This document shows, piece by piece, positions 24,576 through 38,705 of a DNA stretch of 64,000 bases. The number at the start of each line of letters is the position of its first letter. Position 1 is the stretch's first letter. Location of the stretch: the NCBI GenBank assembly GCA_028534125.1, contig CM052817.1:74898001-74962000 (forward strand), read 5' to 3'. Below the pieces are notes generated by a model. That model was not told the DNA's origin. It did not search any database and saw only the letters and a list, made by a program, of their open reading frames with translations. This stretch comes from Lama glama. Taxonomy: Eukaryota. Position numbers and translations under genes: made by a program.

Positions 24576-27500
24576 TTAAAAACACAACTTTTAATCATTA
24601 ATGCCAAACATTCCAAAAAAAAGAAGCATTGATGTGTAAAAGTTGTGCTTGTAAGTAATGCTCATCTTTCATTTGCATGTTACATGACCTTGAAAAGGTC
24701 ACGTGGTGGTTTTATCATCATCAACCCCTTATTTCAAAAGCAGTTGTCACCTGCTTCCTGAAGAAATATGGTAAAAATGACAGTAACTAACACTCTGAGC
24801 AATTAGCTAATGGCACGTGTAGGGTAAACTCATGTTCTAAAAGATTTTTATGTGTAAAAATAGCTAAGGTTTGTTTTCTTCAGAGGAACATGACTTTTTC
24901 TTTTGCATTTTGTGCATAGTTTATTGCTCCATGTTATACAAATAAAACTTAATAATTAGAGGAAATATTTATTCATTTTAAAGCAAGAAATTAAATATTA
25001 ACAACTACTTTAAGCTGTTAGCAGCTTATCTCCTAGGGGATAACTTTGTTGCAACTGTTTTATGTATCAGCACTTGAAAATAATTGGAGTTCCTCTAGTT
25101 AATCTTGAAAGATGATTTAAATGTGGAAGAGCTATAAAGCAGGAGGAATGACTTTGAAGACTTTACACTTACCAAAAATAGTGATAACAAGTTGTCCAGA
25201 ACAGACAGAGGCAAGCCTTGATAGATCCACATTAATGCATTTGAGTGATAAAAATAGTTCATTTCCTTCAATTATTGCTGCTCGATATTAAAGTGCATCT
25301 TGTAGGTGGTATTTATTCCTTTGAGGCTAAACATGTTCAGAAATACAATAGCTACTTGATGGAAAAAAAGATGCTGCAGCTAAAATAGGAATTTGGGGGA
25401 TAAGGGTATCTGATGGTGCCCTCTGTTAGGAAATCAAATAGATAAACATGTATTATAGACATTTTCTCTCTAGGGGAAATTCTTTCATCCAGCTGTCAAT
25501 ACCAGACCAGCAAGTCAAGGACTTACCATGATACAACACATGCCAAGAAAAGCCATTTTTCCCTCTAAATCCATTACTAAGTAGTATGAATATTAATAGC
25601 TAGTAAAAAAACAATTCTAATTTTCAGGCAAAAAGTTCATGCTATTCTTCATGTTGTAGGTTTGGTGAAAACAGGAATTGAAAATCTTAGGGACTGCTTG
25701 AATAAACTAGCTAAGAACTTCATTAAACCATATCATCCTACTTGAAAAAGGGGTAAAAACCCTATCCACTGTCAATGGGTAGCTGAAAGAGAAATCAAAG
25801 TATTTTTAATGGTTATGCAATACACTGATCATTACGTCATTTATACACTTTAGTTTTTCATACTAGTCTTTGAAGTTGTGTACAATAACATCTTCTCTCA
25901 TACAGAAAGAAAAGTCTATGTTCTTCACCATTTATTCAGTTTTGCAGAGGTCACTTGTATACTACCTTAATTACCTGGACTATGGTTAACAAAAGGCCTT
26001 TAGGAAAACAGGGCACACAAGTTGGTTCATTTTATCTTGGGGACATATTGTCTGGTTCTCCCACAGAAGATCAGCTCTTTCTTGAGTGTGCTGTGTGGTA
26101 CAATTGAGAGAGAATTGGATTAGGAACCACAAAGCAGAGCATGGGTTCTCTGGATGACCAAGTACAAGTCACTTATGAGCTCAGTTTTATCATTTGTGAA
26201 ATTGAGGGCTTTCACTATTACTTTAGAAACAAGCTTAAGACACTTGCTCTATGTGATCTCCAAGCTCAGGGCAACTCAAATTCATACAGATTTAGAGACA
26301 TCAGGGTCCTCAGTGGTCATCTAGTCTGACCACTTCATTTTACTGAAATGGGAATCTGGCTGGTAGACCCAGATAAGAAGACAATGGCTAGAAGCTACCA
26401 ATATTACAAACTATAGACTGGAAAAATAGAAAAGTAGACAGGAGAACTAAAAAATTCTAGGAATACAGTTTAGGAACAAAAATTCCACATAATTCCAGCC
26501 AATTCTGAGAGCACAGCAAGAACACAGTACAGTAAAATCATTCGTATTAACATAAAAACCTTTAGTCCTCCTGAAAAATGTGACATGATACTCAGCACAC
26601 GTTTAGCAATTTAAAAGCAATCAGTTATGTACTTTAGAAAGTGACTCTCTGAAATGGTTAAAAACAATAAAGCACTCAAATGCTGAAGCTTCTCAGTGAC
26701 AAATGGATAGTTCACTCACTGTAACACAATAGTCCACCTTGATATAGCAAATATTAAAGGTTGAATCTAGAGGTGTGGAATTTTGACTATCCTGAATAAG
26801 ACACAAGAGTATTAACAGGAAGGTACAAAGGACTGTGATAGGCAATATCGTCACAGAAAAGGAATATGGTGATAGATGAATTGTGTCTGTGAACAACACT
26901 TTCAATTTATGAGAAATGTATGCACATCATAAAGAGAAAAAAATAATTAACAGACATAATGATTAAGAGATATCTTTTGCTGACCATGTGGATATATGGA
27001 AAAACTCTTAAACTGTTGGAAAATGTCATCTATAAATAAATGTTTTATATTTAGCAACAAAATTATTTAAGTGCTCATATAAATGAGCTTCAAGTTTGCT
27101 GTTTGGTGTCCTATAATCTTCCCACTGTGATTTTATTATTTCTTCCTTCCTAAGACCATTTTACTCATCATAGGCTTCCAATAAGTAGAATTTAATATAT
27201 TCAAGATCATACAGATATTCCATTTACTAAGCATTTAGCAAATTTTCACTGCTCTGTCTTCCAAGGAAATGCCATTAATACTTGATTTCATTATTTAATG
27301 CTTTTTTTTCAAATTTAAAAATATGTTATGCCTACCTTGCTTTAGGATTTAAAATATTGATTCAATAAGAGACAGAACAGATTTAACAAACAAATTACTT
27401 CCAAAAATACAAAGAGTTTTAATTTGAAAACCCAGTCTAGAAATTCTAGCTTATCAAGGGAAATTACCAACAATTGTAGCTGCATGTCTATCACAGGGCT

Positions 27501-28249
27501 TCAATCTAAAAGTAGGATGGCAACTTTGGTATGGAGAGTTAGGATAGTGGATTACCTAGATTGAAGTATATAAAAAATGAGGTAAAATGAAAGTCATCAC
27601 ATCCTTAGGGAGCAAGGAAAAGGGGAAATGGAAGATAAGACTAGAACATAATTTACTTTTAGTTGGAAGAGACAAAAGAAATACTTTTTTCTCACTCCTC
27701 TACTTCTGTTCAGTACTGGCAAGGGTAATTTTTGAATTAACACAAGATGACGTCACTAAAATATTCCTTAGCCCATGCCTTTCTAATTTGTTCTTAAGTG
27801 TGGGTAGACGGTATGGAGAATGGGAAATAGGGAAATGCTCCTTCAAATTCAAGAACCCCAGAGCCTGAGCAGAGTTAGGTCAGCAGTGATTTATAGAAAG
27901 AGTAGGAGAACCCTGGGGTCAAAACCAGGGTCAACCAACTGGGAGAAGGAGCACAACACAAGTGTGACAACAGTGAAGATCAACCGTTGTTATCAAGGAC
28001 TGTGTGAAGGGAGGCACAAAAAAGTCACGTAGGAGCGCACTGTACATGAACAAGGGGTCAGATCTGAGGGCCTTGTGGGCTATTTTAAGATAGTTTGGAG
28101 GCCTTTGAGATGAAATGTGATAGAATCTGAATTACATGTTAACAAGATCATTGTAGCTGATTTGACAAGAATAGACTCAACAGGGCCAAGAGTGGAACTG
28201 GAGACTAGTGAAGAGGCTTTGAAACAAACCGACATGACGAGAGAATTCA

Positions 28250-29990
28250 GACTTCTGGAATGGTGCTGTGGGGAGCTCTGTGGACCCTCTCCCAGCAAAA
28301 CAACCATAACTGGTAGAAATTATTAAAAAAAATTCAAATCTCTGGAAAAGGAACCAAGAACATACAGTAAATGAAGAAACATTTATTCAAGAATATCTAC
28401 TAAGATTGATAAGAACTGTGCAAGTCTGTGGCATTTGAACCATGACCCATTTTCTCCACTAGTTTCAGTTTAGAGTGACAAAATCCCACCCAAGTTGGGT
28501 GCACCCAAGAACACAGGGGTTCCTTTCTCCCTCGCTTCCAGTCTAGAGCTGTGATTCTCCCTGAGAGTGATAGGCCACCAGCATTTCTCCTCTCTGCAGC
28601 TCTGGGTGCAGAGTCTCTATTTTAGGCAAGAACAGCTGAGGGACCTGGCAGTCTCCTCCTTTAGGTAGCCACAGTCATAGTGCTGAAGTTGTGCCCCAAG
28701 GCAGACCATGAATAGTGGAACCATGATTTGTCTGGTTCCATGAGCTGGAACCATGAGTGGCTCCAGCTCAGTTGTAGGGTGGTGGTTCTAAGCCAGGAGA
28801 GGCAAGCTGAGAAGACCAGAGGCTACCATCACAACCCAGCACACTGATCATAATCTGGGAGTCACTTTGAGAGAAGTAAGTCATTGTCTCCACCCTCAGC
28901 TCTGGAGCATTGGTGCAGAGAATGTGCCCAGGGTGACAGGAAGGTCATAAAGAGAGAGCTTTCCTAACTTCTGTCCAAGGGAATTGACTTTATTTGGGAC
29001 AGAGAGTAAGTTCCAGCCTAAGGTCACCCTTGAAAACAAATGAAAATTTTGATGGTAAGCAATTAAGAGGAGGTTGTTTTTATTTTAATTAAAATCAGCA
29101 ACAAGCTGATAATAGACCAAACAAAAGTTTACTACAGAGAATCAGGGAAAGAGATAGCTAATGTTACTCCTGGAGTCATAAAAAGCCTCATACACCGACC
29201 TCAAAGACTGTTGCAAAAAGGACCACATTTTATTGGTCCAGACTATGGCACAATTTGCACCCTAGGGCACTGTCAAAAACAGTAGAGTGTGTTGTTGGTA
29301 ATTAGTGTAAGCTCATATCTGGCTAACTTTTATACCAGAGGCAGACAGCTTAACAGAGACATCAGGAAAAGATGCAAACGTAACCTTGCAAAAACTACTG
29401 TTATTCCAGAGTGACTGTGCTCCCTCCGTGACACTGAGGCTTCACACTGCAGGGGAAAATGTCTTCACTTAAATTGCCTGTTCATATACTAATCAAATAA
29501 ATAAATAAGTAACAATAACAACAAAACCTTAATGGTAGGGAGAGGGGATCAATATCAAGAGTGCTATAAACATTATTTAAAATGTCCACTTTTAAACAGA
29601 AAATTACAAGCTATGCTAAGAAACTGGAAAGTGTGGCCCATACACAGGAAAATAAAGCAAGCAGTACAAATTGCCTTAAAAGACCCAGATGCCAGATTTA
29701 GCAGACAAAGATTTCAAATATACTCTAAGAACTGAAAATTGATAAGCTGATTCTAAAATTCATATGGTTTCATACATACAGACAGAAAGGAATGTACAAT
29801 GACAAAGACTCATCAAATAGATTTGTCAATACAAATATAGAAATTGTAAAGAAGAATCAAGTGGAAATCCTGGAATTGAAATGTACAAATACTGAAACAA
29901 AAAATTTACTACATTTTTTCCTAGCTGGCCATTGTGCAGAAATTGATAAGCTGATCCTAAAATTGATAGGGACATTCACAGGACCCAAAA
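28250..29990 (+). mobile_element. Old L1M (L1MC/MD-like) 5' region, ORF1 remnant and a short ORF2 piece
   Basis: L1M-like 5' motifs (caaatctctggaaa...taaatgaagaaacatttattcaaga), peptide IEIVKKNQVEILELKCTNTETKN (ORF1-like) and EIDKLILK (ORF2-like). Confidence 0.7.
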
Positions 29991-29999
29991 TGTCCAAAC

Positions 30000-30340
30000 A
30001 ACCTGCATGTTGTGAGTTGCCCTCTGGAGGACTCATGTGGCAAGGAACTGAGGCACCAACTGAGAGAAACTCAGGTCCACAGGCCAACAATCCACAAGGA
30101 ACTGAATCTTGTCAACAGCCTTGTGAGTGAGCTTCTGAGCTGGTCCACCCTCTACTTGAGCCTCGATTGCTGCCCTGGCTGACACCTTGGTTGACGTCCT
30201 CTGAGAGACCCTGACATGTAGGATCTAGTTATGCCACATTCAACTTCCTGACCTACATGAAGTGTTAGATATTAATGTGTCTTGTTTTAAGTTGTTAAGT
30301 TTTGGGCTAACTTTTTATGAAGCAATAGATAACAAGTACA
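30000..30340 (+). mobile_element. MaLR LTR (MLT1D/E/F-like), 3' portion
   Basis: catgtggcaaggaactgagg...gctgacaccttg...tgagagaccctga...ttcctgacc...gttttaag...gcaatagataacaagtaca. Confidence 0.85.
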
Positions 30341-33257
30341 CTCAATTCCTGAAGTATTTTATGTAGATATTTGTACCACACGGGTGTGTATTCTGCAGGC
30401 TCCCTCAGGAACTCATGCAGTTGCTGGAAATCTTTTAAATTTTCCTATGCCTGGATGCTTTGCTTCTTCATGTTTTCTCTACATCCATCTCATGTGAGTG
30501 TCCACTCTGCTGAGTGCACAGACTGCCTTACCCATCGTTAAGCCTCCAAAATACACTATTTGCTTCATAGTAAACTTTCATTAAATCAATATTTGGTCAA
30601 AATTTTGATTAAACAGTATCATCTCTACATTTCCTAACCTTGAAATACCCTGTTAGTTGTACTGATCAGGGTTTCTTGACATCTGGTATTTGTCGCACAG
30701 TACAAGGCTATATACTGCATAAATTAGTAAAGAAACAGGCATAGCAGCTATTGAAAGGTAGCCCCCTCTCTGTTTTATGTTAATGTGCCATTAATTACAC
30801 TCTCATACTCCTTTTATTTTTAACTGAAATCTCTACATAGCTGATTTAGTGTGCAGGCCATTATGATACTTGAAGATTGTCCACAGTCACTCTTTGATGA
30901 GTTTGGGTTTTATGAGAGCATTTTAAATGTCAGAATTTTTCATATCATGAATATTGTGTGTTATTAAGAAAAAACATTATATAAAGTTCTTAAATATGTG
31001 TAGCATTTTAAAAGCAGACTTTAAAAACCTATGCCTTGATTTCAAGAATACTTCACTTATTTACTCATGAATAAGATTCCCAACTGTTTGACAAAATGTC
31101 AAAAAAAAGCACACCATTTTTGAAAAGTTAGCATTGAAGACAAAAAGTACTCTTTTTCCCTTCAGGATTTTTGGTCTGTTACTATTAGTGAACTGAAAAG
31201 GCCCCACTCATTTGGAGATTTTAATGTATCTATATGCAAAACTTAAAGCAACAAAACACATTTCGTACTCCCTCCCCCCAAATCTACTGTGGAATAAAAA
31301 TAAATAATTCAGGTTTATCCTATAGGCATTCTCTCTGTGTTTGAAAAGGAGATGTCGGTTAGGTCAGGAACAATTTTTAGTAACTTTTTCATCAGACATT
31401 TTAATATTAGCTGATGATCCTTGTTCTCTTTAGCCTTAGTTTGTTTGTTGTCATCTTTGAAGTCTTGCTTCTATTTAGTGACAGCAAAAAACATTATTTA
31501 GCAAGAGAAAGAATTAAAAAATATTTCCCCCCACCCCATCACCATACAAGCGTAGCATCTTATAATGACCATATCTTGGCTGCCTGTGCAAATCGTTAGA
31601 ATCACCTTCTATACAAATATACATGTGCATGCACACACTCACATGGCATGTGTTCATGGATTAAAGATGTAAATATATATATATACACACACACATGCAA
31701 CATACACATGTGTGCATGGATTAAACATATTGCATACATAAGTATGCATGGGTTAAGAAATGACCATACTTCATAGTAATAATGGTTTTTCTAACATAAT
31801 GAAGTAAAGAAACACAGACAGTAAAAAAACACTCTTGCATATGTTTTTCTCATGATTTTTAGACATATTAGAACAGAAAATAAACTCTATCCCAAGAGAA
31901 TTCAGAGAAATTCTACCAAAAAACACATTTTGATTGATTGCCTAATTTTTTAAGATATCAATATACAGCTATGTTATTTGAATCACTTTTGCAAATCTTG
32001 TGAGAACTGTGCTTTCCACTGATAATCCCTCTGCCAGCCAAGGTCATCCCAAGGAACAGGGAGGAATGTCAGCATGGAATAAGAAAGAGATTTAAACACT
32101 TTCGATTTTTTTCAGTATAAACTGGTCATTTAGTTTGAAAATCTCTTTCCATAATTGCTTCAGTTCCAGCTAGATGAGTATTTCAAGACATTCATTCCAA
32201 ATTTGTGGACTGACGTTGTCAATGATCACGGAATTTTAGAACTGGAATTGATCAGTGGATTATCTGGTCCAGTGCTTTCGGTTGGCAGATGAGCTGATGT
32301 AAATTAATTACCTAAAAACTCTGTAGTTTCGAGAATGAAAAAGGGAATCATTACCATTTCAAGGGAGGAAACCGAGGCATGAAGACATTAAATGAGTTGC
32401 CAGCTGTGTTAGAACTTGTTACTAGCACTCAGGGCTAAAATGTAGCCTTTCCACTATCCTATTCCCGTCTTGATATCATTGAGGGTTTTGAAGTGTCATC
32501 TGGATATGAAAAGATACTAATTTAATAAGAAAGAAATACATTTCCTGGCTCTCTGCAGAACACACATAGTGTCATCCTATGCTTACAGTTAAAGATGGGG
32601 TTCTGCGTGTCACTGCTTGGAGTCCTGAGAAGTTTTATTGAGCTTAATACCAGAAGGAAAAGGACAATGTCATTTCAGTAGGTGTGTTTAACGGACTTCA
32701 CTTTAGTTGTAATATTTTGATTATGCAACATATAATAAGATTTTGTTTTTCTTTTACAAAATACATTTATAGGTTTCAGTCCAGCTTCTAGCTACACTGA
32801 CTAAACAAATGTAATTGTTCTGAATGGACCCCAAATAGCTTTCAACATTTCATTACAAAGCAATTACATCTGAGTCTTTCCCAGTGCTTTCAGCATGGCT
32901 TTTAAAAAAGAAATTACACAAACAGGTGAAATCAACCATTATGAAATACAATCTACATGCCTAAAAAGCAAGGCTTCAGAGTGACAATGAAATGGCGGAG
33001 GTTTAAGCCAAATGATAAACACAGTTTATTTTCAAGGTAACCGCACTAAGAAAATTCAGCATGCATGCTCAAGGGAAGTTTATTTTTTGTAAAGGGAATA
33101 TTTACTTAATTTTCCAATGTTACGAAGCAGTACAAAATTTGTTAGACATTCCCTAAAAGTAAGTGGAGATCAATCTCTTGTGAGTCCATATATTGAAAAA
33201 TATTTGGCTTTGTAAAAGCAGGACTGAACTGCATACTTGTCTGGATTTACAAAGATC

Positions 33258-33495
33258 GTAATTTATTAACACCTACTGAATGTTTATCGCATGCCGGGCA
33301 CTGCTCTAAGCACTTTATTATATGTATCCTCAAACAGTCCTCACAGGTAGTTGCCACGGTTGTTCTCGTTTTTACAGATGAGGAAACTAAGGCTAAGAAA
33401 TTTTTGTCCAAGATCAAGCAGCCATTGATGGAAGGTCAGGATTCAAACACAGGCATTCTGGTGCTTGAGTCCATGATCTGAACTGCTCTGTATGC
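33258..33495 (-). mobile_element. MIR SINE, near full length
   Basis: atgccgggcactgctctaagcactt...tttttacagatgaggaaactaaggct...caggattcaaacacaggca. Confidence 0.85.
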
Positions 33496-33894
33496 TACCC
33501 ACACTTACTAGTAAGGATCCTGTTTATGTGCAGATCTGACCCAGGTCTGGGGATGTAGAGGTGGAAAGAGGGGTGAGCCATTAACACAATACCGAGGCAC
33601 AACATTGTAAAATACGATGCTCATCTGGCCTTGGGTCTATGCCTCCTAATTTGACTTTTAAAAAATGAAACATGTCAGTAATCACACAGTGCAAATGAAC
33701 TGCTTATTTTAAATGAAAACTTTAAGAAAGAGGTTTTAACTGGGGCTCAGGGTCTTTGGGGGATTCACAGACTCCTTGTGACAATCTGCCCCACCGTGTG
33801 AAGATGTGAGACTGTGCCTCTGAGTATTTTTCTGGGGAAAAGATTTCTTTCACTCGATTGTTAAAGGGATACTTGACTTCCTTGCTGTCTAGCA

Positions 33895-34240
33895 CAGGGG
33901 TGGGCAAGCTTTTTCAGTAAAGTCCAGATACTAAATATTTTAGGCTTTGTGGGACATAGAATCTCTTTCGAAACTACCCAACTCTGCTGTTATAGTGAAA
34001 AAGCAGCTGCAGACAATACATAAAGAGAAGAGTGTGGTAGTGTTCCCAGAGCACTTTATTTCTGGACATTGAAATTTGAATCTGATATAATTTTTATGTC
34101 ACAAAATATGTCTTTGATTGTTTTTCAGTCATTTAAAAGTGTAACTAAAAAACCCCAAACAAAATGAGCTTAGCTTGAGAACAATAAGAAGCAAGCAGTA
34201 GGCCAGATGTGGCCCACGGGCCACAGTTTGGGAAATCTTA
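33895..34240 (+). mobile_element. MER58B-like hAT-Charlie MITE
   Basis: CAGGGGTGGGCAAGCTTTTTC...taaatattttaggctttgtggg...ggccagatgtggcccacgggccacagtttg; ~345 bp. Confidence 0.85.
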
Positions 34241-34248
34241 GTCCGGAG

Positions 34249-34430
34249 CAGTGGTTCTCAAGAGTGTAGTCCCAGGAGCACGGGCATCATCTGAGAATTT
34301 GTTGGAAATGCAGATTCTCAGGCCTCTCGGACAATCTACTACATCTGAAATTCCAGAAGTGGGCCTGGCAGCTATGTTTTAAAAAAGTTTTCTAGGTGAA
34401 AAAAATGCTGCTCAAGTTTGACAACCATTG
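34249..34430 (+). mobile_element. MER5A hAT-Charlie MITE
   Basis: Terminal inverted repeats CAGTGGTTCTCAA / TTTGACAACCATTG; internal gaaatgcagattctcaggcc. Confidence 0.85.
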
Positions 34431-34834
34431 GTCCAGGATCACTGCTGTAATGATTCAGTTCATCCATCCTTTCATTCACCCTGGCAACAAATGCTTTTCG
34501 AGAGGGCAGTCATCGTGCACCAGGAATACAAGGGATAAAGTACTCTTCTCCCTCCTCACAGAGGCAAGAATAATCCTTCCGTTGTAAAGCAGGAGACAGT
34601 AACTTTCTGACCATGACCTATTTTTTGAAATACACATCATGACCCAATACGTATAGACACACATGCCTGAAACAAAATAATACAAAGCAATATGTACCCT
34701 TAATACTTGTGATGCACTCTGGTAGCTTCTGCTGCATTCCATTTCTATTGGATTAAATCCAATAAATTGATTTTATAATCCACTAATACATCACAACTCA
34801 TAGTTCAAAAAATCCTGCAATGAAATGTGCTCAC

Positions 34835-34989
34835 CAGTGCAAATTCCTTGTTGAGAATCATCTGCTCAACTAAAGACGACTCATTGTGGAAGAGGTGGGG
34901 CTGCATGTGGCTCCACATGTGAGGAAACCACCAGAACTCATCCACAGACCGAAGCAAAAGGTCATCTCCTTCATCTTCCTCTTCGGTCC
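34835..34989 (-). CDS. NDST4: NDST4 internal coding exon, 155 bp (probably exon 4)
   Basis: tttacag|GG ACC GAA...GCA CTG|gtgagc; translates to (G)[51 protein letters not shown], including the HxxxH (HMWSH) metal-binding motif of the NDST deacetylase domain. Confidence 0.97.
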
Positions 34990-36299
34990 CTGTAAAGCAT
35001 ATAAAAATGGCATAAGTCAAAGTCTTGTATTAGCTGAAAGGCTACGTTTGTCAGATTTTTATTATTCTTCTTGCTACTGATGCATAAATCCAATTTTGTG
35101 TTGTTTTAATACAAGAAAAATGACCACAGCCTAAATGACATCAGGGGCAATGGGGCTGGGGGTTGGGATGGGGTGGGGCAAGTGCGGTGGTCCCAGGTGC
35201 AGATGGTTGTTTAATTTAGAACTAGGGCTATTTTATCACTGACATTGTTTATAATTGCTAGCATATGGTGGTAATAAAAAAAAAACAGACTGAGTTTTAG
35301 TTTATTTTTGTTTTAAATTTATCAACTGGTAATTCTCTCCTTTATTGCATATACAGGAGAAACCTGAAGAGAGATGAATATTCTTTTTACTGAAAAATAT
35401 TTCTGCATATGAATCTAATACTGAGCTGAAAAATTTTTAATGTAACTGATGACGTTTGTTTCTGTTTTTCTGATTATACAAATATGTGATGTGAGCTTAT
35501 TGAAGAAACATAGAAAGCACAGACAAGTGATACATACAACTCAAAAACAAAAACTAAACAAAAACCCCCAAACTATCTTCCAGAACTAGCCAGTGGAAAC
35601 ATTTTGGTATCTTTCATTAAATCTTTTTCTACTTATTTTTTTAAAAGTCGAGGTCTTATTGTATAAATACGTTTGTGTCCTTACATTTTCAACTTACCAT
35701 TATAAACATAAACATAAACATTTCCCATTTTGATACAGACATTTCATCAGATGTAAACAATAAATCTATGAACACAATAGAAGCGGCTTGAGAATTTAAA
35801 ACTAAAATATTATTTTCTCATCCTCTATTAGGAAAATTTGTTAACAATGCCCAATGCGTGGAAAAAAGCCATATGTCATGCCACAAGTGGGAAAAAAAGA
35901 AAGAAAAACAACATCAGCAACTTACTTCTAAGGGAATTCACTGTAACTATCCAAGAACACCATCACTGTATGACTCATACAGATTTTCTACAATTTTACA
36001 ATATTCAGTCCGATTTAAAACTATTCTAAATTGATAGTATAAGAATTGAGTCCTATGTGGGCTCTAGATTCTTAACTAAGTAAGTACAGTGTGAGGTATA
36101 TTTATTTGGAATATTTTTTCAAATTAGAATATGTTTTATAGATAATTTTATATTCTTTAGTTAAGTTGAACAAATAAATATTAAAGATCTTTTTTTTTTT
36201 AAAGAGTCTTCCTCAAATATTCCGTTTGTGTGTGTGTCCTATGGTACATACTGCATGGATCATGTAGTAGTGCCATGAAATGGTTAACACCTGCATTTG

Positions 36300-36470
36300 T
36301 AAGGCACATATGTGATCTTGTACATTTAACTTCTGAGTCTTGGTTACCTGGTTTAAAATGGGGATATAAATGTCCATCTCATAGGCTCTTGTGAAGAGTC
36401 AATGAGATCAATTTATTAAGCCACTTAACATTGTGACTTGCAGATAGTATGCACTTCATAAATGTTAGGA
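36300..36470 (+). mobile_element. MIR SINE fragment
   Basis: tgtgatcttg...tttaacttctgagtct...taaaatgggga...ataaatgttag. Confidence 0.65.
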
Positions 36471-37859
36471 TCATTTTCTTCTTAAAAATAAATCTACTGG
36501 CTTATACCTGCGGTGTTCTAAATTTACATACTTTTACACATTCTTAAAAACATTGCTGGCCTAGATGATTAAATTCTTAAAGTCTGGATCCCTTTAACTT
36601 ACATTGTCTCATGCCACTTTCCCAGGAGAGTAAATAAGGGAATAATTTAGTTCTGTCTGTGTTAATATATAGTCAGTGAACTTTAGAGCTTTCATATGTC
36701 TGCTTAAGTGTGTGTCAACTTTTGTGTGTATTTAAGCGTAGCATCCTTCCTGGTACGTAGTTCACAATCCATAGTTATCAAAAGGTGGAAGGACCACCAA
36801 GTTTAATTAGCGTTTTGGCACTATTACTACTGTAACAGTTGCTACTAAAGGATAAAGAAATATTAGTTTTGAAAGTGATAAAGTCCTATGAATAAGATGA
36901 ACAGACAAAAATTCTTAATTTTTGTTAACTTGAGCCAAAATTGTTAGCAATATAGACTTACAATTCATTAAGCTTTAATATATTAAGAATTTCAAATACT
37001 GAAATCCAAATGAAAGGAAGTTTGGCACTTCCTTCAGATAGATTTAAGTATGAATTGTTTATACTATAGACCAAGTGTTTCTCGTGGTCATAATTTAGCA
37101 GACTAAGGCGTAAGTTAGAAAGAGCTACTTTATGTCACATGTGATGAATGAATTGATGGTTCTCCCACAGTTCTGTTGTGCTTTGAATATAGAATGTGTG
37201 AGGAACGCTTCCATTCACTTTGAACTCTACAGATTGTTATTGGAAGAGGCAGGAAGCACATTATGCATACTTGACCAGGAAGGAGGTCAATTACTCAATT
37301 TAAAGAAAAATTTTTGCAGACTATTCATATAAACAGATGCATGACTGATCATAAAATCTTGGTAATTTTTATACCAGAGAGTGTGTTAATTTATAAGCAC
37401 TCCCTACAAGGTTAGAAGTGATATTTAAAACCTCTTTTTTTTTTTTGACTCCATAGATTAATTTCCCATCAGCCTTTTTCTCATTTTATACAGGTCATAT
37501 AATTCAAAGCCACATAAGGCCAGCTCATGACACTAGAAATTGCTTAATGAAAAATATGACATTAAGTCATGCTGAGAGACCAAAGCAGAATTTCAAATGT
37601 TTTCAAATCCAACTAAATGAAAATATGAAAGTTTTGATTCACTGTAAACATGTATTTTTCTATACCTAATTGATGTTTAAATGACATGTGAGAATATAAT
37701 TTGTAGTTCATACTTCACTATATTTACCACTAGTGCCTGTTCATTAAAGGGTCTATGTTAAAACTGAGCCTTTCACTTCTAACTTGGTCTAGATTCAAAC
37801 CTACATCATTATTAATTAAAAATATGATAGTTTTTGCTCTCATTTAAAAGTTAAGTCAT

Positions 37860-37970
37860 TTTTCTTTTTTAAATTGAAGTATAGTCAGTTTATAATGTTC
37901 TGTCAATTTCTGGTGTATAGGACAATGCTTCAGTCATACATGAATATACATATATTCGTTTTCATATTCT
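37860..37970 (-). mobile_element. Short L1 3'-end fragment
   Basis: T-run followed by aattgaagtatagtcagtttataatgt...tcaatttctggtgtatag...cagtcatacat; related to 24506-24575. Confidence 0.75.
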
Positions 37971-38569
37971 ATCATTTTACTTTCCTAATTATCAGAGGAT
38001 AGCAGTGTTTTAATTCAGAAATAAACTATTGAAGAACTCATTTTTTTGTCTCCCCTCTTGGAGAATATGCGCTATGAGAAGATAGTGTACTTCTAAAAGT
38101 TTTAAGTCTGCCAAAATAAGAATAATTCTAGCAGGATCTGAGCTATAGGTTAGTTTCCACTAGGCACGGTGTGACATTAATATTAGAAACATAAAATTCC
38201 AGTGCTGCATTATTGCTTTTGTACAAATGTTTGTCTTATATTTGCTACTATATATGAAAAATTATAATCCCTAAATGGCAAAAAGACATTTCTAACTTTC
38301 TTTGTACACTGAACCTGGCACAGGTTCATATTGGTGAGTATAGAATAATTTTAAACAGCATACTAAATAAAAAGAATTGTTTGGTAATGAAAATTGATTA
38401 AAAGTTATCTATAGTTCAAAAATTGAGAAACAGAGTCATGTGAATTGTCCACTATTTTTGATAGTACTTGATTTTTATACAAAAATACTTTTAAAACTCA
38501 TAATAATAAACACATAGCATGACATGTGTCATGTAACACATGTAAATAAGAGACATGTACATAAGAGAG

Positions 38570-38705
38570 ATATTATTATTTTTCCCATTTTGGAGATGCA
38601 GAAATTGAGGCACAGAAAAGTAATCTGTTTATGTTCACATAGCTAGTGAAATGTCAGAGCCTGGATTTAAACAAAAGCGGGCTGTTTCCAATGTCTTTTT
38701 GAACC
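38570..38705 (-). mobile_element. MIR SINE fragment
   Basis: cccattttggagatgcagaaattgaggcacaga...cacatagctagt...cagagcctggattt. Confidence 0.75.

Noticed and set aside
31610..31760. Three spaced copies of CATGG(A/G)TTAA resembling a repeat-spacer array
   Set aside because: Short units embedded in TA/CA low-complexity sequence; a decayed tandem duplication, not CRISPR-like.
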